From assembly GCF_000027125.1 (NCBI RefSeq), contig NC_017626.1: DNA of 64,000 nucleotides. One strand, written 5' to 3'. The stretch comes from Escherichia coli 042 (GTDB lineage: Bacteria > Pseudomonadota > Gammaproteobacteria > Enterobacterales > Enterobacteriaceae). Below the pieces are notes generated by a model, which was not told where the DNA came from, did no database searches, and saw nothing but the letters and a program-made list of their open reading frames with translations. The first letter of the stretch is position 1. Every line of letters begins with the position of its first letter. Positions 62,164-64,000 of the stretch are shown piece after piece. The translations under genes and the position numbers were made by a program.

Positions 62164-62610
62164 ATGTTTGATGTCACTTTGCTGATCCTGCTCGGGTTAG
62201 CTGCGCTGGGCTTTATCAGTCATAACACCACTGTCGCCGTTTCAATTCTGGTGTTAATCATTGTCCGCGTCACACCGTTAAGCACCTTTTTCCCGTGGAT
62301 TGAAAAACAGGGGCTAAGTATCGGGATAATCATTCTGACGATTGGCGTTATGGCCCCCATCGCCAGCGGGACGCTACCGCCCTCAACCCTGATTCACTCG
62401 TTTCTGAACTGGAAATCGCTGGTGGCAATTGCAGTAGGCGTTATTGTCTCCTGGCTAGGTGGGCGCGGCGTGACGTTAATGGGCAGCCAGCCGCAACTGG
62501 TCGCCGGGCTGCTGGTGGGCACTGTTTTGGGCGTGGCGCTGTTTCGCGGAGTACCGGTTGGCCCGCTTATTGCCGCGGGTCTGGTTTCGCTGATTGTGGG
62601 GAAACAGTAG
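62164..62610 (+). CDS. yeaL: DUF441-family inner membrane protein
   Basis: 148 aa hydrophobic ORF. Confidence 0.85.
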
Positions 62611-63388
62611 TTAATCCCGCAATATATCGGCCTGGCGTTTGCCCCAGGCCTTTCTTAAACATAGTAATAAAGGCCGTTGTTGAATCATACCCCAGCGTAT
62701 GAGCAACTTTCTGTACAGTATCGCCTTTCACTAATCCCTGAAGCGCCATAATCAGCTGTAACTGCTGACGCCACTGGCGAAAACTCAACCCCGTCTCTTT
62801 CACTATCAGTCGGGCAAGATTGCGTTCACTCATCGCAAAAAAGCGAGCCCATTGCCCCAATGACCCCCACTCGACGGGCTCTTTCGCCATCATCTCCACC
62901 ATCGCGCGAATTTTAGGATGAGAAGAAACGGGTAGGTGCAGCTGTTGTTGTGGCTGCTGAGGGAGTTCATCAAACAGGACCTGAATTAATCTGCGGGTCA
63001 TCGGCTCAGCACGCTGAGTCGACGTTCTGTTTGCCAGGGTTAAAATTAATTCCCGGCATAAGGGCGATATTTTCAATGTGCAACAGGTTGTCGGCATTGT
63101 CACTGCGCTGGGTTCGATAAACAGAAAACAGAGTTCAGCGTTAGCTGTCACTTGATTGCTATGTTCCACCCCGCCCGGTATCCAAACCGCATATTGCGGT
63201 GGCACCATCCACAAAGCATTTTCCACCGTACAGGTAATTGCACCATGTAGCGCCAGTATCAGCTGTCCTTTGCGGTGCTGATGTACAGGACTGGTTAACT
63301 CATCCGTTCCGGCGTGAATACAAAATGCGACCGCGGCTTCATGGTGTCGGTCGGGTTCATAGCCATTGAGATTCAACCTGTGCATCAT
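62567..63388 (-). CDS. yeaM: AraC-family transcriptional regulator
   Basis: 273 aa ORF; cupin-like N-terminal region and C-terminal AraC-type HTH; 3' end overlaps yeaL by 44 bp in convergent orientation. Confidence 0.85.
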
Positions 63389-63484
63389 TTTGTCCGAATT
63401 TAGCGATAATTTGTCATTTTAGCTTGATTCAACATAACAATAAAAACGGTAAGGTACAGCCTCGTTTGTAACAATGAGAAGCAT

Positions 63485-64000
63485 ATGACCTGTTCAACTT
63501 CATTAAGCGGCAAAAACAGGATTGTCCTTATCGCTGGCATTCTAATGATTGCCACAACATTACGCGTCACCTTTACCGGCGCAGCACCGTTACTGGATAC
63601 GATTCGTTCCGCTTACTCGCTGACGACGGCGCAAACCGGCTTATTGACCACCCTGCCATTATTAGCCTTTGCGCTAATCTCACCTCTGGCTGCCCCGGTG
63701 GCGCGACGTTTTGGTATGGAACGTAGCCTGTTTGCCGCGTTACTTTTGATCTGTGCTGGCATCGCAATTCGCTCTCTCCCTTCGCCTTACTTCTTATTTG
63801 GCGGTACAGCGGTCATTGGCGGTGGGATTGCATTAGGCAATGTCTTACTGCCAGGATTAATTAAACGCGATTTCCCTCATTCCGTCGCCAGACTTACCGG
63901 CGCATATTCCCTGACAATGGGAGCTGCAGCGGCACTGGGATCGGCTATGGTCGTGCCGCTGGCTTTGAACGGTTTTGGCTGGCAAGGCGCGTTGCTCATG
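63485..64000 (+). CDS. yeaN: MFS-family transporter, N-terminal part (3' end lies outside the window)
   Basis: ATG at 63485 opens a hydrophobic reading frame (MTCSTSLSGKNRIVLIAGILMIATTLRVTF...) that runs to the window end, so it is absent from the ORF track. Confidence 0.8.
   Translation, partial: MTCSTSLSGKNRIVLIAGILMIATTLRVTFTGAAPLLDTIRSAYSLTTAQTGLLTTLPLLAFALISPLAAPVARRFGMERSLFAALLLICAGIAIRSLPSPYFLFGGTAVIGGGIALGNVLLPGLIKRDFPHSVARLTGAYSLTMGAAAALGSAMVVPLALNGFGWQGALLM

Overview
This window is a 64 kb stretch of Escherichia coli core chromosome (katE to yeaN) that is colinear with the K-12 map as I recall it, with one exception. Between gdhA and topB, where I recall K-12 carrying only ynjI, there is a roughly 3.8 kb lower-GC insert. 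It encodes a translationally coupled two-gene operon on the minus strand: an HscC-like Hsp70 ATPase (566 aa) followed by a 647 aa protein with an N-terminal J-like domain whose catalytic HPD motif reads RPE, an acidic linker and a C-terminal Sel1/TPR-like repeat array. An extremely AT-rich upstream region and a GC-rich, hairpin-dense non-coding segment lie between the operon and the topB stop. This resembles the K-12 hscC-djlC-ybe cluster architecturally but has no assigned function that I know of; it is the best candidate for an undescribed system (specialised chaperone, stress or anti-phage module). The rest of the window is recognisable housekeeping and accessory metabolism: chbBCARFG, osmE, nadE, cho, ves, spy, astCADBE, xthA, ydjXYZ-ynjABCDE, ynjF, nudG, ynjH, gdhA, topB, selD, ydjA, sppA, ansA, pncA, ydjE-L, yeaC, msrB, gapA, yeaD, yeaE, mipA, yeaGH, the tandem GGDEF genes yeaI/yeaJ, yeaK, yoaI, yeaL, yeaM and the start of yeaN. 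No rRNA, tRNA, CRISPR array, IS element or integrase was seen. The ORF track uses alternative start codons printed as M, so several N-termini were trimmed to the in-frame ATG with a Shine-Dalgarno. All comparisons to K-12 are from memory and all homology calls are by eye, not by search.
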